Source: Oceanicaulis sp. (GTDB taxonomy: Bacteria; Pseudomonadota; Alphaproteobacteria; Caulobacterales; Maricaulaceae). From it: a stretch of DNA of 64,000 nucleotides. The notes under the pieces are model-generated. The model was not told where the DNA came from and searched no databases. It worked only from the letters and a program-made list of their open reading frames with translations. The position numbers were made by a program, and so were the translations under genes. Shown piece by piece: positions 30,801 through 40,611 of the stretch. The stretch lies in contig NZ_OZ252247.1 in the NCBI RefSeq assembly GCF_965249665.1, positions 2,339,282 through 2,403,281 on the forward strand, read 5' to 3'. Numbering within the stretch: the stretch's first letter is position 1; each line of letters begins with the position of its first letter.

Positions 30801-31223
30801 CTGTCCGTCACCATCTGAGTCGATCAGATCGTCGGTGCCGCTGTCCACTCCCGTATCCGTGTCATTGAGCAGGATGCGACCATTATGAACGAAATTGCTG
30901 TCTACGCCTGGATCCATCTGAACGCCGACCGCGCCGTCTACATTGACGGCTTCGCCGTCGGAGTCGCGGTCATTGATCCGGATGACCGAACCATTGTTCG
31001 TGGTCAGGTCATTGTTGGAATTGACGTGCACGGCGGGCCCCGGAACGCCTATCAACGTCACGCGTCCGTTCGCGCCAATGACGATGTCATCGGCGTTGCC
31101 GGACCCGTCTGCATCAGCAGTCTGGACCGGTTCGGTGCGTTCGTCATTGATCGTGACTTGCGCCCAGGATGGCGACGCGATGAGGGCGGTCAGGGAAACG
31201 GCGGCGAAAAGGCTGCGGCGCAT
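27876..31223 (-). CDS. Autotransporter outer-membrane protein (large passenger + C-terminal beta-barrel)
   Basis: Start preferred at MRRSLFAAVSLTALIASPSWAQ (signal peptide). The Gly/Asp/Thr-rich passenger has acidic DSDGDGQEDDPDQEADG stretches. The C-terminal roughly 280 aa show an alternating beta-strand pattern ending ...RLVIRLTF (terminal Phe). Confidence 0.85.
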   Translation of the reverse strand: MRRSLFAAVSLTALIASPSWAQVTINDERTEPVQTADADGSGNADDIVIGANGRVTLIGVPGPAVHVNSNNDLTTNNGSVIRINDRDSDGEAVNVDGAVGVQMDPGVDSNFVHNGRILLNDTDTGVDSGTDDLIDSDGDGQEDDPDQEADGPFAQDQNKTGILIGAVDADFNPLDNQAAVTGTVNITGTGSVIVQGQNSFGVRAVTDINGDFLSQGTISVTGEDSRGVSLEGDVSGDVEISIVTSVSPGGEGVAIEGDVGGGIRATGTIQASGYRTSTRYNETLMALFESEAEAAERGDVADNLDSGSAFLIAGSVTDGVFVSSGGSIQAFTGGGAALEIRPDDTGAGDLVIGEVTLPDDFTSDRIDDDDDRDALGYGVVNEGSINSGGVFDGKDVTAFLVVGRNDNGVLRSVILGAGGLSNVGRVTATTFDGRAVAMRFGEGAQAETLNNTGSIQAVSGLGHAEDGFADDAYGTAEAIAIDLDENSQIRKILNETGVISASLTGGGLSATAIRSNDDSLEEIRNTGNISTFVSNIDDAFSTDDIDLIAIDARNNHGGLSIIQEQGFDDDGEALAAPAINGDILLGDGDDRVELMAGAVNGDISFGLGADVLIIDNSTLNGALTDADGDLVVDVTNGQIGLTGTDALALRDAIFRNGGVLEVTIDTADRSNAFLNASGSVTFEEGSSLSVGLDNMIGEGGVFEIVSAGDLTLADEAGTLTTSGSPFLYNASLERSSTDQNKIVLTLALKTADELGMHANQAAAYDEALAAFETIESLGAAFASLRSAEQFYGAYDQLLPEYAASAIQFALASNDAAAGALQGRLSNARLAPDNLAGVWIQEFGYYADRSGSALGPGYRGQGVGLAVGLDRPVGPFYAVGVQLVGAASEIEETHGFDQPMVSLTGQIGGYAAMDLGGFDVSGNIGIGYDYFEIDREIRIGDFSALTSADWSGWHATASVQAGRDFAFGAWVLRPEASVTYLSLFESGYTEATSGSNADAVSDLALTVDDRDSSILLGSGTVSLARHFGTDMSWWAPSIRVGYRGEFSSSGGETTAQFGQDGNPFTLRSQQLSNSGALVGFGLSAGSNYSTFTFAYDADIRDDFVRHVARLVIRLTF

Positions 31224-31246
31224 GCGTCGGTCTCCGGTCAGGCGCA

Positions 31247-31265
31247 GGTTCACAACTTGTGAACC
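31247..31265. promoter_or_regulatory. Perfect 9-N1-9 palindrome GGTTCACAA-C-TTGTGAACC upstream of the autotransporter start
   Basis: Read directly. It lies 24-42 nt upstream of ATG 31223. Candidate dimeric-regulator operator or 5'-leader hairpin. Confidence 0.3.
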
Positions 31266-31380
31266 AAACGTGCGTCATCCCGTCTTTCTAGCCCATGGTT
31301 TTGCGCACGTCGACCATTGCAAGCCCGCGCGCCGCAGCCATTTTTCGCGCTTTCCCTGAAACCGCTTCCCAAATGAGAAC

Positions 31381-31408
31381 GGCCGCCCCGGAGATATCCG
31401 GGGCGGCC
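31381..31408 (-). terminator. Hairpin terminator downstream of glnA
   Basis: ggccgccccgg-agatat-ccggggcggcc, followed on the minus strand by gttctcattt (a weak T tract). Confidence 0.5.
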
Positions 31409-31434
31409 GATTGCCGCGAAGTGTAAGCCTGAGC

Positions 31435-32841
31435 CTAGACTTTGTAATACAGGTCGAACTCAACCGGGTGCGGATGATGCTCAATACGGGTGACCTCTTC
31501 CATCTTCAGATCGATATAGGCGTCGATCTGGTCATCATCCATGACGCCGCCCTTCTTGAGAAAGTCGCGATCTGCGTCGAGTGATTCCAGCGCCTGGCGC
31601 AGGGACGAGCAAACGGTCGGGATATCCTGGAGCTCTTCGGCCGGCAGGTCGTAGAGGTCCTTGTCCATCGCGTCGCCGGGATGGATCTGGTTTTCGATAC
31701 CGTCCAGGCCCGCCATCAGCAATGAGGCGAAGGTCAGATACGGGTTGCCCGCCGGATCAGGGAAACGGGTTTCCAGACGCTTGCCCTTTGCGGACGGCAC
31801 ATGCGGGATGCGGATGGACGCCGAACGGTTGCGCGCCGAATAGGCGAGCAGAACCGGCGCTTCAAAGCCCGGCACGAGACGTTTGTAGGAATTCGTCGAG
31901 GCGTTGGCGAACGCGTTGATGGCGCGGGCATGCTTGATGATGCCGCCGATATAATACAGGCAGGTGTCGGACAGGCCGGCGTATTTATCCCCTGCGAACA
32001 GCGGATTGCCGTCTTTCCAGATCGACTGGTGCACGTGCATGCCAGAGCCGTTGTCGTTATGGACGGGCTTGGGCATGAAGGTCGCGGTTTTTCCGTAAAC
32101 GGCGGCGACATTGTGCACGATGTATTTATAGGTCTGCATGCGGTCGGCCATCTCGGTGAGGGTGGAGAATTTCATCCCCAGCTCATGCTGCGACGGCGCC
32201 ACTTCGTGGTGATGTTTTTCTGGCTGCAGGCCCAGCTCTTTCATCACCGACAGCATTTCAGAGCGCATGTCCTGTAGCGAATCGATCGGCGGGACCGGGA
32301 AATATCCGCCCTTCGGGCCAGGGCGGTGGGCGAGATTGCCGCCGTCCATTTTGACGCCGGAATTGTAAGGGCCTTCATCGGAATCCAGCGCGTAAAAGGT
32401 GTTGTTCTGCGCGGTGGACCAGCGCACATCGTCAAACACGAAGAATTCGGCTTCCGGACCGAAGAACGCCTTGTCGCCTATGCCGGAGGCGGCGAGAAAA
32501 TTCTCGGCTTTTTTCGCCGTGGTGCGCGGATCGCGATTATAGGCTTCGCCTGAATCCGGCTCCAGAATGTCACAGACGATGGACAGGGTGGTTTGCTGGA
32601 AAAACGGGTCGATATACGCACTGCTTGTATCGGGCATCAGAACCATGTCGGACTCGTTGATGGCCTTCCAGCCGCCAATGGAAGAGCCGTCAAACATGGA
32701 GCCTTCTTCAAAGAAGTCCTCATCCACCATGTCCACGTCGAAGGTGACATGTTGCAGCTTGCCGCGCGGGTCGGTGAACCGCAGATCGACGAACTCGACG
32801 TCTTCGTCCTTGATTTGCTTGAGAATCTTTTCAGCAGACAT
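31435..32841 (-). CDS. glnA: Glutamine synthetase type I
   Basis: 468 aa, canonical GSI sequence including the adenylylation-site region (...NLYDLP...). Confidence 0.95.
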   Translation of the reverse strand: MSAEKILKQIKDEDVEFVDLRFTDPRGKLQHVTFDVDMVDEDFFEEGSMFDGSSIGGWKAINESDMVLMPDTSSAYIDPFFQQTTLSIVCDILEPDSGEAYNRDPRTTAKKAENFLAASGIGDKAFFGPEAEFFVFDDVRWSTAQNNTFYALDSDEGPYNSGVKMDGGNLAHRPGPKGGYFPVPPIDSLQDMRSEMLSVMKELGLQPEKHHHEVAPSQHELGMKFSTLTEMADRMQTYKYIVHNVAAVYGKTATFMPKPVHNDNGSGMHVHQSIWKDGNPLFAGDKYAGLSDTCLYYIGGIIKHARAINAFANASTNSYKRLVPGFEAPVLLAYSARNRSASIRIPHVPSAKGKRLETRFPDPAGNPYLTFASLLMAGLDGIENQIHPGDAMDKDLYDLPAEELQDIPTVCSSLRQALESLDADRDFLKKGGVMDDDQIDAYIDLKMEEVTRIEHHPHPVEFDLYYKV

Positions 32842-32894
32842 GGTTAGGTCCTTATGGCTGGCTTTGGGTGCTGGCGGGCGTTGTCTTGCGGGGG

Positions 32895-33260
<366 letters not shown>

Positions 33261-33381
33261 CTAGCCCACGTGTCCAACGCTGCAAGCCGGAGCCACGTAC
33301 AGGGGTGCGTATACTCCTTGTTGCTCGATTATGAGGCGCGGATGCTCGATACTAATGCGAATTGCAAGGATGTCTTTGATC

Positions 33382-34914
33382 ATGTCTGAGCAGCCCCATG
33401 CCATCCTGACCACTTCCGCGATGGGAGAGGCGGATTCCTATGCGGTTTTGCACGGGGTGTCGGGCCAGGTGTTGATGAAAAATGCGGGGGAGGCCGCCGC
33501 CCACACCATCACGCAAAACTGGGCGCCGCGTGAGGCGGCGGTGCTTTGCGGGCCAGGCAATAATGGTGGCGATGGCTGGATCATCGCCCAGTGCTTACGC
33601 GATAAGGGCTGGCCGGTCCGCGTTTTCACGCTCGCGCACGTTTCAGGCCTCAGCGGAGACGCCGCTTGGGCTGCGTCGGGCTGGAGCGGACCTGTTCACC
33701 CGCTAAGCGCCTGCCGTCTGAGCGATCACGGCTTGATCGTTGACGCCTTGTTCGGCGCAGGACTGAGTCGGCCCCTAGAGGGGGAAGCCGCACGGTTGGC
33801 GCAAGAGAGCCAAGGCTATGCTGGCGTATGTGTGGCTGTGGATACGCCCAGCGGCCTGTCAGGCGATAGGGCTGCGGGGCAGGGGCCAGTCTTTCGTGCG
33901 GACCTGACCGTCACCTTCCATCGCTTCAAGCCTGCGCATCTGTTGTCGCCGGGACGTGCGCTATGCGGGAAGGTCGTCTTGTGCGGCATTGGGATACCCG
34001 ACGGTTGGAGCCAACAGGCCGCTCCTTGTGCGACGCTCAACCATCCCGATCTGTGGCGCGTGCCGGGCGCGTCAGTTGATCAAGATGCGCACAAGCACAG
34101 CCGGGGGCGGCTCTGTGTTTTGGCGGGCGGGCGCGGCGCGACCGGTGCGGCGCGTCTGGCGGCTCGCGCGGGTCAGATTGGCGGCGCCGGTTTTGTCACT
34201 GTCCTGTCCGGGCAGGGCGCGCTCAACGAGATCGCGTCCTCCTCTGAAAGCCTTGTAGCGCGACAGTATGAGGCTGACGCACCGTTCAGCGACGTGCTCG
34301 AACATCACCGGGCCAGCGCGGCTGTTATCGGTCCGGGAGCCGGGATCAGCGCGCGTCTGAAAGCGCAAGTGCGCTCAGCTTGTGATCTTAAAATCCCCCT
34401 TGTGCTCGACGCTGATGCACTCAGCGTCTTTGAGGATGTGCCGGAAGCTTTGTTTGAGCGCCTTCATGAGACCTGCGTTCTGACCCCGCATGGCGGAGAA
34501 TTCGCACGGCTCTTTCCCGACCTCACTGAGGCGGCGCATGCAGGCAACAAAATTGAGCGCACAAGAGAAGCCTCCCGGCGCTGTGGGGCAGTGGTGGTGT
34601 TCAAGGGCGCGGATACGGTGATCGCTGCGCCAGATGGCTCGGCTTGGGTCAATGTGCACGCCAGCGCGCGTCTGGCGACGGCGGGTACGGGCGATGTCCT
34701 GGCCGGGCTGATCGGCGCTTTTCTGGCCCAGGGCGCACCGGCGCAGGAGGCGGCCTGCGCGGCGGTCTATATACATGGCGATGCAGGACGGCGCCTGGGG
34801 CCGGGCGGTACGGCGGACACGGTGCTTACGCAATTACCCCAAGCGCTTGACGCTGTTTCACAGGCGCAATTTCGCAAGGCGGCTCTGCAGCGATTGAACC
34901 CACACATGGTGTAG
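33382..34914 (+). CDS. nnr: Bifunctional NAD(P)H-hydrate epimerase / ADP-dependent dehydratase
   Basis: YjeF_N (GPGNNGGDG) and YjeF_C carbohydrate-kinase (GTGDVLAG) domains. Start preferred at ATG 33382 (MSEQPHAIL). Confidence 0.85.
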   Translation: MSEQPHAILTTSAMGEADSYAVLHGVSGQVLMKNAGEAAAHTITQNWAPREAAVLCGPGNNGGDGWIIAQCLRDKGWPVRVFTLAHVSGLSGDAAWAASGWSGPVHPLSACRLSDHGLIVDALFGAGLSRPLEGEAARLAQESQGYAGVCVAVDTPSGLSGDRAAGQGPVFRADLTVTFHRFKPAHLLSPGRALCGKVVLCGIGIPDGWSQQAAPCATLNHPDLWRVPGASVDQDAHKHSRGRLCVLAGGRGATGAARLAARAGQIGGAGFVTVLSGQGALNEIASSSESLVARQYEADAPFSDVLEHHRASAAVIGPGAGISARLKAQVRSACDLKIPLVLDADALSVFEDVPEALFERLHETCVLTPHGGEFARLFPDLTEAAHAGNKIERTREASRRCGAVVVFKGADTVIAAPDGSAWVNVHASARLATAGTGDVLAGLIGAFLAQGAPAQEAACAAVYIHGDAGRRLGPGGTADTVLTQLPQALDAVSQAQFRKAALQRLNPHMV

Positions 34915-34981
34915 CAAGCGGGCGCGCAGACGCGTATAGCTCATTCACGACTTTCCCAGAGCAGATAGATCCATCATCGCC

Positions 34982-37267
34982 ATGTCCGACACAGAAAAGC
35001 TTTCCTCGACCGACGCAGACGCGCTGGAATTTCACCGCGCGAGCCCGCCGGGCAAGGTGGCGATGATTCCAACCAAGCCGATGGCGACCCAGCGCGATTT
35101 GGCCCTGGCCTATTCGCCGGGGGTTGCAGCGCCGGTCCGGGCCATCGCGGAGAACCCGGACGCAGTCTATGATTACACCTCCAAGGGCAACACCGTGGCG
35201 GTGGTGTCCAACGGCACGGCGATCCTGGGGCTGGGCAATCTGGGGGCGGCCGCATCAAAGCCTGTGATGGAAGGCAAGGCGGTCCTGTTCAAACGCTTTG
35301 CAGACATTGACGGCTTTGATCTGGAGATCAATTACACCGATCCTGACAAGTTCGTGGATTGCGTCGCCGGTTTCGGTGACAGCTTTGGCGGCATCAATCT
35401 CGAAGACATCAAAAGCCCGGAATGCTTCGAGATCGAGGCGCGCCTGCGCGAGAAGCTTGATATCCCGGTCTTTCATGATGACCAGCACGGCACAGCAATC
35501 ATCGCCGCAGCAGGTTTGATCAACGCCTGCCATCTGACCAATCGCAAGTTTGAAGACATCAAGCTGGTGCTGTGCGGCGCCGGGGCGGCAGGCCTGTCCG
35601 TGCTGGAGCTGGTGAAATCGCTCGGCGTTCAGCACGACAATGTCACCGTGGTGGACGTGAACGGCGTGGTTCATACCGGCCGCAACGATCTGCACGACCG
35701 ACTGGCGCAACATGCCCGCGAAACGGATCTGCGCACGCTCAAAGAGGCGATGGTGGACGCGGATGTGTTCCTGGGATTGTCAGCGGGCGGCATAGTCAGT
35801 CAGGACATGGTGAAGTCCATGGCGGCGGATCCGATACTCTTCGCCATGGCGAACCCGACGCCGGAAATCATGCCCGACGAAGTCCGCGCGGCGCGCTCGG
35901 ATGCTATCGTGGCTACAGGGCGGTCTGATTTCCCTAATCAGGTCAATAATGTACTTGGCTTTCCCTATATTTTCCGCGGCGCTCTGGACGTGCGCGCACG
36001 GACAATCAATGAGGAAATGAAGCTCGCCGCTGCTCGCGCCCTGGCCGATCTCGCCCGTCAGGACGTGCCAGACGAGGTGTCCACCGCCAACAAGTCTGAC
36101 AGCGGGTTGCGGTTTGGTCGCGATTACATCATCCCGTCGCCCTTTGATCCGCGCCTGATCAGCTTTGTGCCGCCTTATGTGGCGCGGGCGGCGATTGAAA
36201 CCGGCGTGGCGCGCATTCCGATCGAGGATGAAGAGAAATACCGGCAGTCGCTGGCGCGTCGCCTTGATCCGACCGCAGCCTTGCAGCAACGCGTCACCCA
36301 GGCGATTTCCGGATCTGACAAGCGTATCGTTTTCGCTGAAGGCGAAGAGCCGAGTGTCATCCGCGCCGCCTTCGCCTTCCAGTCCCAGGGATTGGGCAAG
36401 GCGGTGCTGGTGGCGCGTGAAGAGATCGCCCGCGCCAATATGCGCGAGTTGGGACTGCCCGAAGATGTACTGGAAATCCAGAACGCGCGTCTGTCTGATC
36501 GCAATGCTGACTATGCGGACTGGCTCTACAAGCGGCTTCAGCGTCAGGGCTATCTGCGCCGCGACGTCCAGCGCCTGGTCAATAATGATCGCAATGTCTT
36601 CTCCGCCTGCATGCTCAAATTCGGCGATGCGGACGGCATGGTCACGGGCGTCACCCGCCATTTCACAAACACAATGAGCGATATTCGGCTGGTGCTGGAT
36701 CCGGCGCCGGGGGGGCGCGTAATTGGCCTGACTGTGGCGTTGGCGCGCGGAAAGATGCTGGTCATCGCGGACACAAACGTCACCGAATTCCCCGATTCTG
36801 ACGGCCTGGCCGAGATCGCCGTCGGCGCCGCCCACGCCGCCCGCCGGCTGGGGCTCGATCCCCGTGTGGCCTTCATGAGTTATTCCACTTTCGGCAACCC
36901 GCCCGGCGAACGGACGACCAAGGTCCAGAGCGCGGTCAGCAAGCTGGATAAGCTTGATCTCGATTTTGAGTATGAAGGCGAGATGGCGGTCGATATCGCG
37001 CTCGACCCCAATCATCGCGAGCGCTATCCGTTCTCGCGCCTGTCTGACGCTGCGAATGTTCTGGTAATGCCGGCGGTGCATTCCGCGTCCATTGCGGCGC
37101 GCTTGTTGAAGTCTGCGGGCGGGGCGACCGTGATCGAGGGGCTGTTGATCGGGCTGGAGCAATCGGTCCAGGTGGCGCGTGTGGGCTCGAACGTGTCCGA
37201 CATCGTCAATCTGGCGGGGCTGGCGGCCTACGATCTCAATCATACGCCATCGCAGAAAGCGACATAG
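34982..37267 (+). CDS. maeB: NADP-dependent malic enzyme with C-terminal phosphotransacetylase-like domain
   Basis: 761 aa. N-terminal malic-enzyme motifs ([27 protein letters not shown]) plus a PTA-like C-terminal half. Confidence 0.9.
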   Translation: MSDTEKLSSTDADALEFHRASPPGKVAMIPTKPMATQRDLALAYSPGVAAPVRAIAENPDAVYDYTSKGNTVAVVSNGTAILGLGNLGAAASKPVMEGKAVLFKRFADIDGFDLEINYTDPDKFVDCVAGFGDSFGGINLEDIKSPECFEIEARLREKLDIPVFHDDQHGTAIIAAAGLINACHLTNRKFEDIKLVLCGAGAAGLSVLELVKSLGVQHDNVTVVDVNGVVHTGRNDLHDRLAQHARETDLRTLKEAMVDADVFLGLSAGGIVSQDMVKSMAADPILFAMANPTPEIMPDEVRAARSDAIVATGRSDFPNQVNNVLGFPYIFRGALDVRARTINEEMKLAAARALADLARQDVPDEVSTANKSDSGLRFGRDYIIPSPFDPRLISFVPPYVARAAIETGVARIPIEDEEKYRQSLARRLDPTAALQQRVTQAISGSDKRIVFAEGEEPSVIRAAFAFQSQGLGKAVLVAREEIARANMRELGLPEDVLEIQNARLSDRNADYADWLYKRLQRQGYLRRDVQRLVNNDRNVFSACMLKFGDADGMVTGVTRHFTNTMSDIRLVLDPAPGGRVIGLTVALARGKMLVIADTNVTEFPDSDGLAEIAVGAAHAARRLGLDPRVAFMSYSTFGNPPGERTTKVQSAVSKLDKLDLDFEYEGEMAVDIALDPNHRERYPFSRLSDAANVLVMPAVHSASIAARLLKSAGGATVIEGLLIGLEQSVQVARVGSNVSDIVNLAGLAAYDLNHTPSQKAT

Positions 37268-37325
37268 GGCAGAGCCTTAATCCCTGCGTGCAAGAGTGCC
37301 CTCTGTTTTCAGGGGAGGGGCGCTC

Positions 37326-37823
37326 ATGCGTATGTTGACCATAACACTCGTTGCTTCAGGTTTTGGAGTGCTCGGCTGTGGACACGCGACCGCGCTCTCT
37401 GACGATGATCCGATGCGAGGCCAGGTCTGGGAGGTGGTGATCTCTTCAAATGCCGCCGCCTATGGTCAGGACTATATGATCGAGTTTGAATTCACCGGCA
37501 ATTGCATCGCGATGAGCAGCTCTGATGCGGATGTGCAGTATGAGCATTGCGCATCGCAATTTGCGCTCACAGAGGCCGGTGAAGGCGCCTTTACTTACGC
37601 CTTCAGCTATGACTTTCCATTCGCCTATATCTATCCAGTCAGCACAGGGCTATCGACGTCGACAATCCATGAGACCGGCCGGGCGCAAGGCGAAGCAGAT
37701 TGCGCGAGGTTTGAGCTGATGGAGGTCGGCGAGACGCGGTCAGAGGTGTGTGGTCTGCCTGAGCTGTCGGTCGAGCATAGTTCGGCCCGCATTCGCTACA
37801 CATCCATCACTCGCACCCAGTAA
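37326..37823 (+). CDS. Hypothetical lipoprotein
   Basis: Start preferred at MRMLTITLVASGFGVLGC (lipobox VLGC). No family recognised. Confidence 0.5.
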   Translation: MRMLTITLVASGFGVLGCGHATALSDDDPMRGQVWEVVISSNAAAYGQDYMIEFEFTGNCIAMSSSDADVQYEHCASQFALTEAGEGAFTYAFSYDFPFAYIYPVSTGLSTSTIHETGRAQGEADCARFELMEVGETRSEVCGLPELSVEHSSARIRYTSITRTQ

Positions 37824-37952
37824 CAGGGCAGGGTGGCGGATCGGCGCCGACAGCAGATGTGAACAGAGCTTTTCCATGAAAGACATGGAACAGCGCCATA
37901 GGGCGCCCTACCTATGGCGCTGTTTGATTTTCTGATTCCTGAAAGCGCTTTC

Positions 37953-39317
37953 ATGGCTTCCACTCGCGCCTCCAATGATCTGACGCAGGGGCCGGTCTTC
38001 GGCCATATCCTGCGCCTTGTCGCCCCGATGAGCTTTGGCATCCTCGCCATGATGCTGGTGGGGGTGATCGACGCTTATTGGGTCGGCAAGCTTGGAACGG
38101 ACCAGCTGGCCGCCGTCCAGTTTGTCTTCCCCGTCGCCATGCTGGTCATGAGCGTTTCCATCGGTCTGGGCGCGGGGGCTGTGTCTGTGGTGGCGCGCGC
38201 CGCCGGGCGCGGCGATGGCGAGTCCACCCGCCGCGTGGCGACAGACGCCATCACCTTGTCCTTCATCGTGGTTCTGCTGGTCAGCGTGATGGGCATTCCG
38301 CTGATCGGTCCGGTTTTCAGGGCGATGGGCGCGACAGAGTCTATGATGCCCTACGTGCGTGAGTACATGACGATCTGGTTTGCCGGCGCAGTCTTCATGG
38401 TCGGCCCCATGGTGGCCAGCAATCTGCTCAGGGCCATGGGCGACGCCATCGTGCCCAGCGTGATCATGATCATCGCCGCAGTAATCAATATGGTGCTGGA
38501 CCCGATCCTGATCTTTGGCCTGGGTCCCATTCCGGCCATGGAAGTGACGGGCGCCGCGCTGGCGACGCTAATCGCGAATATGGCGGTGTTCCTTATCGCT
38601 ATGGGCGTTCTGATCTTTCGCGAGAAACTGATCGATTTCAGCTGGCCCGGTGTCGACACCCTGTTGTGGAACTGGCGCGAGATCGCCCGGATCGGCGCCC
38701 CGGCTTCGGGCTCCAACATGATCGGGCCATTGGCCAATACGCTGGTCTTCGCGGCCATCGCGCCCTATGGCGAACCCGCAGTGGCGGGGCTCGGCGTGGG
38801 GATGCGGGTGGAGGCGCTGGCGCTGATCCCGCTCTTCGCCCTGTCAGGCTCAATCGGTCCCATCACCGGTCAGAACGGAGGCGCCGGGCTGGATCACCGA
38901 GTCCGCGAAGCTTTTGTGAAGTCCTTCATCTTTTGCTGGGGCTGGGGCGCGTCGATGGCGGTCTTGCTTCTGCTGGCTGGGAGTTTCCTGGCGCCGGTCT
39001 TCCTGCCGTCCGAGGACGGGCAGGCCATGGCCGTGGCGTATTGGGCGATCGCGCCGTTCGCCATGGGCGGTTATGGCGTGGCGATGGCGGCCGCGGCGGG
39101 CTTTAACGGCCTGGGTCGACCCTTGCTGGGCGTGGCCTGCAATGCCTTCCGGGGGCTGGTGTTGATCATCCCCTTGAGCTGGCTTGGCGGGTTTCTGGGC
39201 GGCGCAGGCGGCGTCATCTGGGGCTTGTTCGCCGCCAATCTGATCTCTGGTCTGCTGATCGGGTTCCTGGTGCTCAGATATGCGCCTTTGACGGCGAAAG
39301 AGGGCGGCAAGCGCTAG
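37953..39317 (+). CDS. MATE-family efflux transporter
   Basis: 12-TM pattern. The N-terminus ...LTQGPVFGHILRLVAPMSFG is typical of MATE. The track ORF starts at 37914, but Met-14 (37953) gives the usual N-terminal length. Confidence 0.85.
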   Translation: MASTRASNDLTQGPVFGHILRLVAPMSFGILAMMLVGVIDAYWVGKLGTDQLAAVQFVFPVAMLVMSVSIGLGAGAVSVVARAAGRGDGESTRRVATDAITLSFIVVLLVSVMGIPLIGPVFRAMGATESMMPYVREYMTIWFAGAVFMVGPMVASNLLRAMGDAIVPSVIMIIAAVINMVLDPILIFGLGPIPAMEVTGAALATLIANMAVFLIAMGVLIFREKLIDFSWPGVDTLLWNWREIARIGAPASGSNMIGPLANTLVFAAIAPYGEPAVAGLGVGMRVEALALIPLFALSGSIGPITGQNGGAGLDHRVREAFVKSFIFCWGWGASMAVLLLLAGSFLAPVFLPSEDGQAMAVAYWAIAPFAMGGYGVAMAAAAGFNGLGRPLLGVACNAFRGLVLIIPLSWLGGFLGGAGGVIWGLFAANLISGLLIGFLVLRYAPLTAKEGGKR

Positions 39318-39988
39318 AGCTGCGTCAGCACCATGCCCAGTTCAGCCTTGTCGTTCAGCCCGCCATGGGGGTAGGGGCGCGGGTCGGCCTCGGGCCAGCG
39401 CCAGCGGTCTTCGGTGAACAGGGCGCGCATGGCGTTAAGGCCGCAGCCATAGGGCGGACCGCCGCGCTCGGATTTCTGCATGAACAAAGCCAGAAACAGC
39501 CCGCCCGGTTTCAAACTGGCATGGGCCATGGCTTCATAGTCTTCGCGCTTTTGGGGGTGGATGGCGCACAGAAATGTCTGCTCGTACAGCACATCAACCG
39601 GCGTTTCCGGACGCCAGGCGAGAGCGTCTGTTTCAAACGCCTGAGCGGTGACGCCTGCACTGTCAAAGCGCGCCTTTTGCCAGGCGATGGCGCTGGGCGC
39701 GATATCTGTGGCGATGACGCTCAGCCCATGCTGCGCCAGGTATGCCGGCTCTTGGCTGCGCCCGCAGCCGGGGGTCAGGACAGTCTGACCCGGTTTCAAA
39801 ACGCCTGAATCCAGCCAGTCGATCAAGGCGGGGTGCAGGCCTTGACGCTCCCAGGGCGCGTCATCGGCCTGAAACCGCGCTTCCCAGTCAATGCCGCTAC
39901 GGTCTTCTGACGGGGGAGTGTCTGAAGGGGGTGGTGCGGGGCGATCCGACGTCATGATGCGATCTCTCATGGTGAAAGCTGCAGACAT
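39314..39988 (-). CDS. SAM-dependent methyltransferase, thiopurine S-methyltransferase (TPMT) family
   Basis: WEARFQADDAPWE ... VLTPGCGRSQEPAYLAQHG.SVIATDI is the TPMT-like motif I. The exact start is uncertain (39988 or 39955). Confidence 0.8.
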   Translation of the reverse strand: MSAAFTMRDRIMTSDRPAPPPSDTPPSEDRSGIDWEARFQADDAPWERQGLHPALIDWLDSGVLKPGQTVLTPGCGRSQEPAYLAQHGLSVIATDIAPSAIAWQKARFDSAGVTAQAFETDALAWRPETPVDVLYEQTFLCAIHPQKREDYEAMAHASLKPGGLFLALFMQKSERGGPPYGCGLNAMRALFTEDRWRWPEADPRPYPHGGLNDKAELGMVLTQL

Positions 39989-40071
39989 GATGAAGCGCTG
40001 GCATCTAAGGTCCAGATGCAGTTACAGGTCTGGCGCGCGGCTTTGGGATGTCTCGCCACCGCAAAGGCAGA

Positions 40072-40100
40072 TTGACCGCGGCATAGCCTAAGAGCTAATT
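40072..40100 (+). promoter_or_regulatory. Candidate sigma70-type promoter for tRNA-Leu
   Basis: TTGACC-N17-CTAATT, ending about 20 nt before the tRNA 5' end. Confidence 0.3.
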
Positions 40101-40120
40101 CTCCGGCCTGCCTTGCCTGT

Positions 40121-40205
40121 GCGGGTGTGGCGGAATTGGTAGACGCGCTGGTTTTAGGTACCAGTGTCTTATGACGTGGAAGTTCGAGTCTTCTCACCCG
40201 CACCA
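40121..40205 (+). tRNA. tRNA-Leu (anticodon UAG), type II with long variable arm, encoded CCA
   Basis: The acceptor GCGGGTG pairs with CACCCGC. The anticodon stem is CTGGT/ACCAG with loop TT-TAG-GT. The T-arm is GTTCGAGTC and the 3' end is ACCA. Confidence 0.9.
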
Positions 40206-40337
40206 TTTCTTCTTTGTCTCCCTCGCCTCCGTTCGGTCAGTCCTCGCTAAAGCTGCGGGCGGGCGTTAGCCCATGCGAACCCGTTGGGTTCGGGTTTGCG
40301 TATTATGAGGGGGGTGGGCCGAAGCCAGACAGACTTC

Positions 40338-40367
40338 GGGCGCTGGAGGGGGAAAGCTCCAGCGCCC
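40338..40367 (-). terminator. 11 bp GC-rich hairpin downstream of the pmp3-like gene
   Basis: gggcgctggag-8 nt-ctccagcgccc. There is no clear U-tract. Confidence 0.4.
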
Positions 40368-40393
40368 GATGATCAGTTTGGCGATGTGCCGGT

Positions 40394-40582
40394 CTAGCGG
40401 CGGGTGGCGATGATCCAGACGGCGTGAATGATGCCGGGAACATAGCCGAACAGGGTCAGGACAATGTTCAGCCAGAAATGAAGGCCAAGGCCGACCTGGA
40501 AGAACACGCCGAGCGGCGGCAGAAGAATGGCCAGGATCAGGCGCAGAATGTCGCCGCCAGTCGCAGTGGATTGAGCACTCAT
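40394..40582 (-). CDS. YqaE/Pmp3-family stress proteolipid
   Basis: 62 aa, ...ILAILLPPLGVFFQVGLGLHFWLNIVLTLFGYVPGIIHAVWII, the canonical Pmp3/UPF0057 motif. Confidence 0.85.
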   Translation of the reverse strand: MSAQSTATGGDILRLILAILLPPLGVFFQVGLGLHFWLNIVLTLFGYVPGIIHAVWIIATRR

Positions 40583-40611
40583 AGTGGGTCTCCTTTGTAT
40601 GGATTAGCGGA

